DNA from: Chiloscyllium plagiosum
Taxonomy: Eukaryota
Reading direction: 5' to 3'
Assembly (NCBI RefSeq): GCF_004010195.1
Contig: NC_057735.1
Span: 43,699,698 to 43,763,697, forward strand
DNA length: 64,000 bases
In this document: in pieces, positions 50,261-63,515 of the stretch
Position numbering within the stretch: the stretch's first letter is position 1
How the letters are laid out: the number at the start of each line of letters is the position of its first letter
The notes under the pieces: generated by a model
Told to the model about the DNA's origin: nothing
The model's input: the letters and a program-made list of their open reading frames with translations, nothing else
Databases searched by the model: none
Translations under genes and position numbers: made by a program

Positions 50261-50681
50261 CATTTCTCTTTATAATTTAAATTAAAACGACGGGTTTACA
50301 TTTTATTTCTCGTGTTAAACTGAAGACAGCATTGAATTATGAAAATTTCTTTCCAGCTGTAAATTGTTGCTGTGCAACAGGAATTCCCTTCCCCTGGCAA
50401 GAGTCCCCTCCTCGGAAGGTCCGGGGGTTTTAAACCCCCACAGAATAAAGCAGCTTTTCCAAATATTAAGTTAACATACAACTGGTTTAAATTTTATTCA
50501 CATTTTCACACATAATTGAAACGGATTTCCAATTTACCTCACAGCTGCTAAGATTACACCTTTGCTTTTTATGTATTTCATGTTTACAATCCTTTTAAAA
50601 TGGGGATATCAGAATTTTAATACTGCTTCTGAAAAAGTTATATATTTGCCTTTATCTCATCATTAAAGCTTTTAAGAAACT

Positions 50682-50717
50682 CAAAGTTTGTGAGAAGATT
50701 TGTAGCTCGGGTGCTGT
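50682..50717 (-). mobile_element. Ultra-short family C terminus with 12-bp TSD
   Basis: caaagtttgtgagaagatttgtagctcgggtgct matches the 30661 terminus. ttttaagaaact occurs at 50670-50681 and 50718-50729. Confidence 0.85.
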
Positions 50718-51729
50718 TTTTAAGAAACTGCCTATAGTTACTTCTGCACCCTTATGGCCAGATTAAAAGGAAACTCGATTTTTTTTCTCAACAGATTATT
50801 TTAAGCTCTTTTTCTTTAAAGGGTAAGCAGATAACAACAGGTCTGTAACTATGATTTCAGTGATGAGAAAGCTTTTAGGAATCATAACATAGGCCAAAAT
50901 TAAGTTAGTTGCAGAAACAGATGAGTTAGGAGAAGCCAGCATGGTTTGTTAAAAGCACACTCAGTTTTTTGATGTTCTAAGGTAATGGAGAAATGGCTGA
51001 AATAATGAGGAGACAAAGTCCTCATGGTATCATTGTTGGAATGTTAATCCAGAGACTCAGGTGATGTTTTGTGGACACAGGTTTGAATTTCATCACAGCA
51101 GATGAAAATGTGAAATTAAGAGTCCAACGATGACCAAAAAACCATTGTCAGGAAAAATCTATTTGGTTCACTAATGTCCTTCAGGGAAGGAAACTGGCAC
51201 CCACAGCAATAAGGTTAGCTATTAACTGCCTTCGGGGGATGGGCAATAGCCAGTGACGCCCATATCCTGTCAATGAATAAATAAAAATAGGAAAAGGCAC
51301 TAGGAAGGTGCCACACTTGGCTTGTCACCAAGTTGATGCGGATGAAATTAAGGCACCATGGGTGACAGTAGTGATGAACAGATATTTATTGCAACACACA
51401 AGATGCTCTTGGCAATTGTTTGCTGTTTTTAAAAAAAGTGTTTGCTCTAATATATGCCTTATGCCGAAGGTATTTGGCTGTTAACAGCTGCCAAAAGATA
51501 TTGAGGTCATAAGGCACGAATATTATGTCTGTGACATGAGTTAGTGGTCCAGATTGCAATAATTACTTGCATTTAAATAATCCCTTAAGTCTAAACATGC
51601 TTCCCAGGAACACAATCAGAGAAGAATTAGTGAACCAAAGAATGGCCTGTTACAAAGTCCAAATGATTGTTCAAACAGGTTGGTTTTCTGGAATATCAAA
51701 AAATGAGGAAAGAGACCTGGCAAAAAGAT

Positions 51730-53270
51730 TTGGAAGGCAAGGTGAAGGCAGAGCGGTGGACGTTGCCTATATGGACTTCAGCAAGCAAGACATTTGTAAA
51801 AGGTCTGTATGGTAGACTGATTAGTAAGGTTAGATCACAAGAAATCCAAGGAGAGCTGGCCATTTGGATACAAAGTTGACTCAAAGTCGGACACAGACGG
51901 TGATGGTGGAGGATTGCTTTTCGGAATGGAGGCCTGTGACCATCTATATGCCACAGGGTTCAGTGCTGTGTCCACTGCTTTTTATCATTTATATAAATGA
52001 TTTGGATGTGAATATAGGAGGTATGGTTAGTAAGTTTGCAAAATTAGTAATATAGTGGACAGTGAGAAAAGGTTATCTCAGAGTACAACAGGGCCTTGAT
52101 CGAAGGAGTGGCAGATGGAGTTTAGATAAATGTGAGGTATTGCATTTTGGAAAGTCAAATCAGGGCAATACTTATACACCTAATGGTAGAGTCCTGGGGA
52201 GTGTGGCTGAACAAACAGACTTTGGGGTACAGGTTCATAGTTCCTTGAAAGCAGAGTCGTAGGTTGACAAAGTGGTGAAGAAGGTGTTTCATACAGTTGC
52301 CTTTATTAGCCAGTACATTGGGTAAAGCAGTTGGTATCACATGTGTGGTGCTGGAAAAGCATAGCAGGTCAGGCAGCATCCGAGGAGCAGGAGAATCGAC
52401 ATTTCAGGTAAACGCCCTTCGTCTGGAATGAGGCTATGAGCTGAGGAGCTGCTGAGATAAATGGGAGGAGGGGTGGGGCTGGGGGGAAGGTAGCTGAGAG
52501 TGGGATGGGTAGATGGAGGTGGGGATAATGGTGATAGATCAAAGAGGAGGGTGGAGTGGATAGATGGGAAGGAAGATGGACAGGTAGTACACGTCATGAG
52601 GGCAGTGCCGAGTTGGAAGTTTGGAAGTGGGATAAGGTTTAGGGAGGGGAAATGAGGAAACTGGTGAAATCCACATTGATGCCGTGGGTTGGAGCATCCC
52701 GAGGCCAAAGATGAGGCATTCTTCCTCCAGATGTTGGGTGGTTAGTGAGTGGCGACAGAGGAGGCCCAGGACCTGCATGTCCTTGGTGGAGTGGGAAGGG
52801 AAACTGAAGTGTTTGGCCATGGGGCAGTGGGGTTTGTTGGTGCGGGTGTCCTGGACATGTTCTCTGAAGCTCTCTGTAAGTAGGCGTCCTGTCTCCCCAA
52901 CATAAGGGATACCACATTGGGAGCAACAGATACAGTAAATGATATGTGTGGAAGTGCAGGTAAAATTCTGGTGGATGTGGAATATATACACTTGGGTTAG
53001 GCTAGTTCAAAACCAGAGGGAATAGGTTTAAACTGAGAGGGAAAAGATATAAAAGGGACCTAAGAGGCAACATTTTCATGCAGAGGGTGGTGCATATATA
53101 AAACGAGCTGCCAGAGGAAGTGGTGGAGACTGATACAATTACGGCATTCAAAAGGGATCTAGATGGGTATGTGAATAGGAAAGACTTTGAGGGATAATGG
53201 CCAATGCTGGCAAGTGGGACTAGATTTATGTCGGATATCTGGTCAGCATGGATAAGTTGGACTGAAGTGC
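51730..53270 (+). mobile_element. CR1 RT/3' fragment interrupted by a Penelope element
   Basis: AVDVAYMDFSK, PQGSVLCPLLFIIYINDLD. The 3' part resumes at ~53020. Confidence 0.85.
52341..52991 (-). mobile_element. 5'-truncated Penelope-like element: GIY-YIG endonuclease plus family A terminal repeat
   Basis: FTCTSTHIIYCICCSQCGIPYVGETGRLLTESFREH...MAKHF (GIY-YIG with CCxxC insert). Confidence 0.9.
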
Positions 53271-53984
53271 TGTTTGAAAACAGTACGAAGTAATGTTTTA
53301 TTAAATTTTGCACTAAAGTGCTAAATTGAAATAATTGTAATCCACCAACATTGTACAATCCATATATTTCAAATGTGTGGTAATTATAGTTTAATCTTGC
53401 AATAAGATGATACCTGTTTCAGTTTGTTTTCAAGATTGCTTCAGGGGAGGAGAGACTGAGTTACAGAATTTCACAATATCAAAGAGAATTCCTTAACAAA
53501 ACATTGGTTGAAAACCACTGCCTTATCCTGTCCTTAATTAAGTCCTACTCATTACTCAAGCTAGTGCTGATTGACATCTGCTGATCCCCCTTCCATTAGA
53601 CATGGAAATTACTATAGAATTTCCTCTTTTTAAACAATGTTTAAATAGTCGATAGTCACAAGTGAGGTGCTGGAAGACTGGAGGTTGGCAAACGTGGTGC
53701 CACTGTTTAAGAAGGGCGGTAAAGACAAGCCAGGGAACTATAGACGAGTGAGCCTGACCTTGGTGGTGGGCAAGTTGTTGGAGGGAATCCTGAGGGACAG
53801 GATGTACATGTATTTGGAAAGGCAAGAACTGATTCGGGATAGTCAACATGGCTTTGTGTGTGGGAAATCATGTATCACAAACTTGATTGAGTTTTTTGAA
53901 GANNNNNNNNNNNNNNNNNNNNNNNNNNNNNNNNNNNNNNNNNNNNNNNNNNNNNNNNNNNNNNNNNNNNNNNNNNNNNNNNNN

Positions 53985-55835
53985 AAGACTGAGGCACAGA
54001 ATTTTATAGGACAGCCTGGATGTTGGCGCAGACATGTCCCTCACTTGTTACTCAGATGTTACTGATATGCCATCACTCAAAAGGAAGCAAAGTTTGAATG
54101 GGGCGATGAAGAACACAGAGCATTGATGGCCGCGGAAGAGGCCGTAGCACTAGCACTGCCCCTGGCCCCTCAGATACCTGGCCTTGCCTTTGAATTACAA
54201 ATGTCAGTAGTATAAGATGTAGCCATGTGGAGCTTATGGCAGAGACAAAACGGGAAAGCGATACCTTTGGGGCTTCTGGTCCAGAAAGATGACTGAGGCA
54301 GCTTTGCATTACATTTCAAAAGCAAATTCTGGCCTGTTACTGGAACAAAGTGTTCCTCAGACCTGAGTTACCAAGTCTGACAGGGTTGTAATCTGGTGTA
54401 GGGACCCATTATAGCGAGCCCAACAAAGCTCCATTGGGGCGGCATGGTGGCCCAGTGGTGAGCACTGCTGCCTCACAGCACCACTGTCCCAGGTTCGATT
54501 CCAGTCTCGGGCGACTGTCTGTGTGGAGTTTGCAATTTGCACATTCTCCCTGTGTCTGCGTGGGATTCCTCCCACAATCCAAAAATGTGCGGGTCAGGTG
54601 AATTGTGTTAGGTGCATTAATCAGAGGGAAATGGGTCTGGGTGGGTTGCTCTTCGGAGGGTCGGTATGGACCGGTTGGGCAGAAAGGCCTGTTGCATACT
54701 GTGGGGAATCTAATCTGAAAATAGAAATGGTACATAGTCAATCAAGCTGAGATTGGAAAGGAACTATTTGCCAAACCCGATGAACAAATAACTGAATACC
54801 CACCATCTCTGACCTGAACATACCTGCATCTCCTGTTCAATGGGGTGTCCCGTGTAAACAACTGCCTGAAGATGCCAGTCACTGTGTTTGGTTCACTGCT
54901 GGATCAGCCACCTGGAGGGCTGGCGGAAGGCGGTGGAGAGCGGCTGCGTTTAAAGCCTCCACACAGACGATTATCTGCAGGGAAGGAGATGGAGGGATTG
55001 AGCCAGTATGCTGAATTCGCAGCTGTTTTCCTACAACTAGAGAGAAGAGAGTCAGTGTTTGTACATTTAAACTGACTCATGGGCTGTGGCTATATGGATA
55101 CTAACTTCTCAGTCACATTCTGGAAGATTGGTGGAAAGCCCCTGTGGGGAACAGAACTATGGAAACAAATATGGGCGAAGGGAATTACTGTGCAGCACAT
55201 TGATGCACATATGAAAGATTGTTCAAAGTCAATGGCACAAAATAACCTGATCAAATCTGGCAGATGGACAATATTGGCTCATTACTGTTACAGCAACATT
55301 ATCAATATCTGTTAACCATGTTGGACACCTACTCTGGGTTATTGTTAGTTTTCCTGACAACCACAGCAAATCAGAATAACATTGTTAAGGATCTCGAACC
55401 ATTGATATCCCACTATGGTGAACCATCAGATATACAATCAGACAATGGCTCACACTTTACAGGTCAACAGGTGCAGCATTGAACTGTAGACAAAGAGATA
55501 CATTGGATGTTCCACAATCCTTACTAGCCTCACCAGCTGGTCTTGTAGAACACATGAATGGGTTATTAAAATAGCAAACTAAATTATTGACCCTGAATCA
55601 TATGTTAATGGGATTGTTCAAAGTGCTGCCGCAGATATTGTACAACCTGAACAATCGGCCTCTGAAAGGAGGGGGACCTATGAGTAGATTGTTTGGAGGA
55701 GGTGGCCAGTTACATCCTCCCAATAAACCTACACCGTCCGATGACCTTTGTACAGGGGGAAAGGTTTGGGGACACTACCCACAACACCCTCCTCAGCCTT
55801 GTGAGGTACGTGTCCATGGACAAGGTGACATCTAA
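53985..55835 (+). mobile_element. Endogenous retrovirus pol remnant, class III (ERV-L/S-like): RT connection, RNase H, integrase
   Basis: EAQNFIG..WRRHVPHL, FEWG, SLWQ, WGVP, WFTAGSA, SQYAE, DSWAV, WKIGGKPLWG, HIDAH, WQMD, DTYSG, IQSDNGSHF, GLVEHMNGLLK. Frameshifts and stops are present. Confidence 0.85.
54437..54715 (+). mobile_element. HE1-type V-SINE nested in ERV pol
   Basis: gggcggcatggtggcccagtgg head; (ctaat) tail. Confidence 0.9.
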
Positions 55836-56264
55836 AGGATATTAATAATGGAGCAGGAAGTACCAGATTGTATAGGCATTGGGAAGTAAATGAAAAGATA
55901 GTGATATGTAAAGATTGTACGCTGATCAGATACAATTTGTTCACAGTACCATGTGGATTATTATGGATGGATGCTGCTGTGGATATCACATCAGTTTACA
56001 TGGGCAAGGGATATATGTGGTTGCTGTGAGGAAATGGTGTGGTCAGATTGAGAGACTAACGGAGTGTCGGACAACTTCACTTGTCGATCAGGAAAATCGA
56101 TGTGTCTTTGAACAGTATACTGCAAAATGCACATCGTGTGGATTGTAGGGAGCACAGGGAAGTACATCTGCAAACTGCATGGTGAACAGAAATGGCTTGT
56201 AAGAAAAAACAATGCAAGTATGCAGTTAATGAATAGAACCTGGTTGACACAATGCCTCCACTAT

Positions 56265-56299
56265 CACCTGATGAAGGAGCATCGCTCCGAAAGCTAGTG
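56265..56299 (+). ncRNA. Minimal hammerhead (family B), intact, in a solo terminal repeat 56255-56388
   Basis: CAC-CUGAUGA-A-GGAGC-AUC-GCUCC-GAAA-GC-UA-GUG. Confidence 0.8.
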
Positions 56300-57822
56300 T
56301 GCTTCCAATTAAACCTGTTGGACTATAACCTGGTGTTGTGTGATTTTTAACTTTGTACACCCCAGTCCAACACCGGCATCTCCAAATCGGGACTAGATTG
56401 GGTTGGGATATCTGGTCGGCATGGACAGGTTGGACCGAAGGGTCTGTTTCCATGCTGTACATCTCTATGACTCTAATGTTCCATGACCTCTTCCCAATTC
56501 TAAACAAACGTGGCAGAAGTTAGAGCAAGACTTCAAAACCAACAATACAATAGTGATCATCTATCTTTAGTGATGTTGGATACAAGCTAGGATTTAGGGG
56601 CAGAATTAGGCCATTCAGCCCCTCGAGACTGCTCTGCCATTCAATAAGATTTTGGATGTCGTCTCAATCCTGTTTTCTTATCTGCACCTGCACGGTATTT
56701 CAGTGCTCTGTACAGGTGCAAGAAAACATTCCCACTTTAATATTGATTTTTTTCTTGCAATAAGTATCAACTTTCATTTGCCTTCCTAATAACCTACTGC
56801 CCCTGCAAACTAACTTTTTATGATTCACGTACCAGGACATCCAAATCCCTTTGTGCCTTCACTTTCTGCAATCTATCCCGATTTAAATAATAGTCTGCTT
56901 TTCTATTCTTCCTGCCAAAGTGGACAGGATCACATTTATCCTTGTGATACTCCACTTGCCAATGTCTTTGCCAACTCACTGTCTCTATTCCTGTGCAGAT
57001 ACATTGCCTTTTCTTGATAACCTACCTTTCCTACCCAGTGCGGTGTCATTGGCAAATTTAGTTGCCATACATTTAGCTCCTGCATCCATGTCAATTATGT
57101 AGATTGTAAATGGGAAACGCCCTAGTACTGATCCCCACAACTAGATACAGTTTGTGGAGGTGCCAGTGTTGGACTGGGGTGGACAAAGTTAAAAATCACA
57201 TGACACCAGGTTATAGTCCAACAGGTTTATTTGAAAGTACAAGCTTTCAGAGCTAGTGGGGCAGGTACATATGACGCAGAGTTTATAAATAAAACATCAC
57301 AGTGTCATACAACTGACGCGATATATTAGACAAACCTAAAGGGCTGTTAAATCTTTCCACTTAATGGTATGGTCCACTCCCTAGGTCCTTACTATTAAGT
57401 GCATAAATCATGCCCTGATGTGCCTTTCCAAAATACAGCGCCTCATGTTTATCTAAATTAAACTCCATCTGCCACTCCTCAGCCCATTGGCCCATCTGAT
57501 CAAGATCCTGTTGTAATCTGAGTTAACCTTCTTTGCTGTCCACTACATCTCCAATTTGTGTTCTTTCATTCCTGAGCCTGGGCTTGGGATGGGCTGGGAG
57601 TGGGAGGTTGTTACTTAAACTACCAAATCAAACAGAGATCACACTTGGACACATAATTTTTGAGGCTTGTCCTCAACGTATACTAAGCTTACTCTCAAAT
57701 CTTTTTGCAGAATCAATAAATTTAAACACAAATTTCAGATTGTCATTTAATCCAGTACCTGCTGTAAATTTTCAGTCTGGGCTGGTACCCCTTTAATTAC
57801 ATCCTTTGATTGTTAGTTCCAC

Positions 57823-58372
57823 TGTGATTGGAATGAGGACCAGGTAGATCTCATTAACTATGAGGTCCCTGATTGGGGTTGTTAACCAGAGCTGACCAGG
57901 GAGCCCTGGCTGACAGATATCATTAGATTAGATTAGATTACTTACAGTGTGGAAACAGGCCCTTCAGCCCAACAAGTCCACACCGACCCGCCGAAGCGCA
58001 ACCCACCCATACCCCTACATTTACCCCTTTAACCTAACACTATGGGCAATTTAGCATGGCCAATTCACCTGACCCGCACATCTTTTGGACTGTGGGAGGA
58101 AACCGGAGCACCCGGAGGAAACCCACGCAGACACGGGGAGAGTGTGCAAACTCCACACAGTCAGTCGCCTGAGTCGGGAATTGAACCGGGGTCTCTGGCG
58201 CTGTGAGGCAGCAGTGCTAACCACTGTGCCACCGTGCCGCCCACACACAGGATATTCAGAGTCTCCTCATTCTAGGGATTGGATCTGAGCTGGCTGGTCC
58301 ATGCAATGTAGACCTGTCAATAAAGGTGTGACTTGGGTGACAGGATACTGGCCTCTGTGCAGTTATTTTACA
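57823..58372 (+). mobile_element. Probable short solo LTR with a nested young HE1 SINE (57923-58242, minus)
   Basis: TG...CA ends with AATAAA ~50 bp from the end; no TSD seen. The HE1 is full length with a (TTAGA)n tail. Confidence 0.5.
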
Positions 58373-59359
58373 GGGCATAATCAATTTGCAAATTATTTGT
58401 AGAAGGAGATTACAGGGTCAAAGTATTCTGTGACTCCACCCAGCTATGACTTTGACCTGATGTTATCACACAATATACCAGAAAACAAAAATCATTTTAC
58501 ATTGTTGCAGAGATTGGCTTTTAAAGCAATCCAATTCACCTTATGACTATATTTAGTACCACACATGTTGCCAGTGGTTCATGGGGATTATCTAAAGAAA
58601 GTTCCCCTGAGCCTTACTCGCTAAGTACACCACTTGTTGTGTCAACCAGCTAGGCAAAGCAGAAAATGCAGCTCTGATCCCCAAGCTCTGCTGAGTTCAC
58701 TGGTCTCAACAGGACAACCAGTAAATCTGACTGCACCTGGGCTAATGAGGAGGAATACTCCCTACATGTGAGTATTATGCAGCAACCGGAGAATGGTAAA
58801 AGACTATCCGTACAGACAGAGGCGATGTGCTTAATTTGCTGTTCATAGTTAGAGATCCCAGAAACAGTGGAGAAACTACCCCTGCCAATTGTGAATATGA
58901 TTTGTAAAATTATGACAAATGTTAATATGTCCACATTAAGTCTTTTTAATTATCTGTTGCATTCAAATACTGGTTACCTCGGGACTCAATTCCCATGCTC
59001 TCCTGGCCCTCCTCCTGTTTTGTGCCCTCTGTAAATTTGACTTCATCCATAATTCTGCTGCCTGTATTCCCACACAGACTGAGTTCACTCATCACCTGAT
59101 GCTCCCTGGCATTCAGGGCACCATGAGCTGTGGCCAGGAAATCAGCTTGCCCGGTGCCATGTACATAGTCACCTGGACATCCAACATTGCACCAGAGAAC
59201 CTGCTCTCTCTGAACCTCTTACAGCTATTTTATCACTGGTCAAAGTTAACTTTCTGCCTACAGATAGAGTTTAGCCCTTTAGGAGGTGATTGCTTTCACA
59301 TGGTATCAATCAAGCCTGAATTCGTGCTCCCACAAATTGCCAGGTAGACCTGTAGGAAT

Positions 59360-59705
59360 ATTGGGCAGTTCAGCGGTTAACACTGCTACCTCAGTGCCAG
59401 GTGGCTCAATGATTAGCATTGCTGCCTCATGGCACCAGGGACCTGGGTTTGATTCCAGACTGTTTGTGAGGAGGTTTTCACATTCTCCCAGTGTCTGCAC
59501 GGGTTTCCTCCCAGTCCAAAGCTGTGCAGGTTGGATGGATTGGCCATGGCAAATGGCCCCATAGTTTCCAGGGATGTGCAAGCTAGGTAGTCTAGCCATG
59601 GGAAATGGGGGTCACAGGGATAGCATCTGGATGGGATGCTCTTCAGAGAGTCAGTGAGAACTTGATGGGTCAAATAGCTTCTTTCTGTAGGAATTCTATG
59701 ATTCG
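59360..59705 (+). mobile_element. HE1-type V-SINE (duplicated head)
   Basis: Two successive head-like motifs followed by V domain and tail. Confidence 0.8.
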
Positions 59706-59857
59706 CATATCATATGACACCTATCATGTTTAGCAGATAGAATAAGATTCACATGGATCTGTCTCATAGATGATATCTTCTGTGACTGCGACAAGGGAAA
59801 ACTAAAACTATTAAAGCATTTACTGCACCATCCCGCTCCTCTGATGTCTCTCTATTA

Positions 59858-60075
59858 TCAAGAGTGTGGTGCTGGAAAAACACAGCAGGTCCGGCAGCAT
59901 CCAAGGAGCAGGAGAGTCAACGTTTCGGGCAAAAGCCCTTCATCAGGGATTGCTGATGAAGGGCTTTTGCCTGAAATGTTGACTCTCCTGCTCCTCAGAT
60001 GCTGCCTGACCTGCTGTGTTTTTCCAGCACCACTCTCTCAACTTTAATCTCCAGGAGGTGCAGTCCTCACTTTCC
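59858..60075. mobile_element. Family A palindrome with back-to-back hammerhead cores
   Basis: Minus 59917-59947 CUGAUGA-A-GGGC-UUUU-GCCC-GAAA-CG-UU; plus 59953-59982 CUGAUGA-A-GGGC-UUUU-GCCU-GAAA-UG-UU. Confidence 0.85.
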
Positions 60076-60289
60076 CCTCTCTACTACTGTGTACATAAAC
60101 AAGACAACTGTCATCTGTTTCCAGTCTTAGCTGTCTCACAAAGATCATGTTTTTGTCCCTGCTCTGTTAACACTGGTGACACACAAGGATCAATTCTTAT
60201 GGTCCTCCTATTTCTTATTTACATTCTACCTTATAACACCATCATGCAGAGATACAGTTTGACCTACTCTTGGGAAATAAGGCATGGCA

Positions 60290-62880
60290 GGTGATTGAGG
60301 TGTCAGTGGGGGAGCACTTTGGGGCAGTGACCATAATTTTAAATACGACCATAATAATAGTGATGCAGAAGGAGAGACCGGATCTAAACATTGAAGTTCT
60401 AAATTGGAGGAAAGTCAATTTTGACAGTATTAGGCAATAACTTTCAAAAGTTGATTTTCACGTAGATGTTTGCAGGTAAAGGAATGGCTGGAAAATCGGA
60501 AGCCTTCAAAAATAAGACAATGAGAGTCCAGAGACAGCATATTTCTGTTAGAGTGATACGCAAGGCTGGTAGGTGTAGGGAATGCTGGATGACTAGAGAA
60601 ATTGAGGGTTTGGTTCAGAAAAAGAAGGAAGCATAGGGGTGGCACAGTGGCACGGTGGTTAGCACTGCTGCCTCACAAAGCCAGAGACCCGGGTTCAATT
60701 CCCGCCTCAGGCGACTGACTGTGTGGAGTTTGCACGTTCTCCCCGTGTCTGCGTGGGTTTCCTCCGGGTGCTCCGGTTTCCTCCCACAGTCCAAAGATGT
60801 GCAGGTCAGGTGAATTGGCCATGCTAAATTGCCCGTAGTGTTAGATAAGGGGTACATGTAGGGGTATGGGTGGGTTGCGCTTCGGCGGGGCGGTGTGAAC
60901 TTGTTGGGCCGAAGGGCCTGTTTCCACACTGTAAGTAATCTAATCTAATATGTCAGGTATAGACAGGATAGATCAAGTGAATCCTTAGAAGAGTATAAGG
61001 GCAGTAGGAGTATACTTAAGAGGGAAATCAGAAGGGCAAAAAGGGGACATGGGAGAGCTTTGGTAAATAGGATTAAGGAGAATCCAAAGGGATTTTATAA
61101 ATACATTAAAGACAAATGGGTAACTAGGGAGAGAATAGGGTCCCTCAAAGATCAGCAAGACAGCCTATGTATGGAACCACCGAAGATGGGGGAGAGACTA
61201 AATGAGTAAATGAGTATTTACTGTGGAGAAGGATATGGAAGATATAGAATGCAGGGAAATAGATGGTGACATCTTGAAAAATGTCCATATTACAGAGGAG
61301 GAGGTGCTGAATGTCTTAAAATACATACAACTGAATAAATCCCCAGGATCTGATCAGATATACCCTAGAACTCTGTGGTAAGCTAGGCAAGTGATTGCTA
61401 GGCCTCTTGCTGAGATATTTTGTATCATCAATAGTCACAGATGAGGTGCTGGAAGACTGGAGGTTGGCTAATGTGATGCCACTGTTTACGAAAGGTGGTA
61501 AAGACAAGCCAGGGAACTATAGACCATTGAGCCTGATATCGGTGGTGGGCAAGTTGTTGGAGGGAACCCTGAGTGACAGAATTTACATGCATTTGGAAAG
61601 GCAAGGACTGATTAGGGATAGTTAACATGGCTTTGTGTGTGAGAAATCACATTTCATGAAACTGATTGAGTTCTTTGAACAAGTAATGAAGAGGATTAAT
61701 GAGGGTAGGGCGGTAGGCATGATCTGTATGGACTTCAGAAAGGCATTTGAAAAGGTTCCCCATGGGAGAGTGTTTGGCAAGGCTGGATCTCATGGAATAC
61801 AGGGAGAACCAGCTATTTGGAACACAACTGACACGAAGGTAGAAGACAGACAGTGGTGGAGAGTTGCTTTTCAGACTGAGGCCTGTGACCAGTGGAGTGC
61901 CACAAGGATCGGTGCTGGGTCCACTACTTTTCATCATTTATATAAATGATTTGGATGTGAACACGGGAGGTAAAGTTTGTAAGTTTGCAGATGACCCCAA
62001 AATTGACAGTACAGTGAACAGCAAAGAAGGTTACCTCAGAGTACAACGGGATCTTGATCAAATGGGCCAATGGGCCGAGGCATGGCAGATGGAGTTTAAT
62101 TTAGGTAAATACAAGGTGCAGCATTTTAGAAAGGCAAATCAGGACAGGACTTATACACTTAGTGGTAAGGTCCTAGGGAGTGTTGCTGAACAAAGAGACC
62201 TTGGAGTGCAGGTTCATAGTTCCTTGAAAGTGGAGTCGCAGGTAGATAGGATAGTGAAGAAGGGGTTTGGTATGCTTTCCTTTATTGGTCAGAGTATTAA
62301 GTATAGGAGTTGGGAGGTCATTTTGTGGTTGTACAGGACATTGGTTAGGCCACTGTTGGAATATTGTGTGCAATTCTGTTCTCCCTCCTACCAGAAGGAT
62401 GTTGTGGTTCAGAAAAGATTTAAAAGGATATAACCAGGGTTGGACGGTTTGAGCTGTAGGGAGAGGCTGAATAGGCTGGGGCTGTTTTCCCTGGAGCTTT
62501 GGAGGTTGAGGGGAGACCTTATAGAGGTTTATAAATTCATGAGGAGCATGGATAGAGTAAATTCACAATGTCTTTTCTTTCCGGTGGGGGAGTCTAGAAC
62601 TAGAGGGCAGAGGTTTAAAGTGAGAGAGGAAAAATTTAAAAGGGACCTAAGGTGCAACTTTTTCACACAGAGGGCGTTGCATATATGGAATGAGCTGCCA
62701 GAGGAAGTGGTGGAGGCTGGTACAATTACAACATTTAAAAGGCGTTGGATGCGTATATGAATAGGAAGGGTTTGGAGATTTATGTGCCAAGTGTTGGGAA
62801 ATGGGACTAGATTAGGTTGGGATATCTGGTCAGCATGGATGGGTTGTTTCCGTGCTGTACAGCTGTATGACTCTATGACA
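60290..62880 (+). mobile_element. CR1 LINE ORF2 (EN end to RT to 3' tail) with nested young HE1 (60637-60948 +)
   Basis: SDHN, EDWRLANV, NYRPLSL, GVPQGSVLGPLLFIIYINDLD, KFADD, 3' tail tatgactctatga. Confidence 0.92.
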
Positions 62881-63187
62881 TGTACAGTGACAAAGGTCAG
62901 CTCTACCTCACCATCATTCCTCAAAGCTCCTCCACTTAAGCTAAATTATCATTCTGTTTATCAAATGTCCAATATCGGATCAACAGTGAATTCCTGTAAA
63001 TAAACACTGGGATTTTGCTAAAAAAAGACTCATTGTCTCAGGATTCCATCTTGTACACATCCAGCATAAGCACAAGAAATTTCAAACAACAACAATCTAT
63101 ATTACAGGAGGAAGGGGAATGATCATTGGTTGGCAAGGCAACTTTGATTGGTCAAGGCATTGCCAGAGAAAGCAACAGGGGACTAGA

Positions 63188-63515
63188 GCAGCACAGTGGC
63201 TCAATGGTTAGCACTGTTGCCTCACAGCGCCAGGGACTTGGGTTTGATTCCAGCCTTGGATGACTGCCTGTATGGAGTTTGCACATTCTCCCCATGTCTG
63301 TGTGGGTCTCCTCTGGATGTTCCGGTTTCATGCCATGATCCAAAAATGTGCAGGTTAAGTGAATTAGCTGTGTTAAATTTCCCAGAGGTTAGGTTATTAG
63401 TTGGAGTAAATATAGGGTAACGGAATTGGTCTGGGTGGGTTACTCTTTGGAGGGTCAGTGTGAACTTGTTGGGCTGAAGGGCCTGTTTCCACAGTGTAGG
63501 GATTCTAATTCTAAG
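63188..63515 (+). mobile_element. HE1-type V-SINE
   Basis: Head, V domain and (attcta) tail. Confidence 0.9.

Noticed and set aside
49830-50285. 151-aa plus-strand ORF across the promoter
   Set aside because: GTG start, no recognisable domain; expected stop depletion in a GC-rich CpG island.
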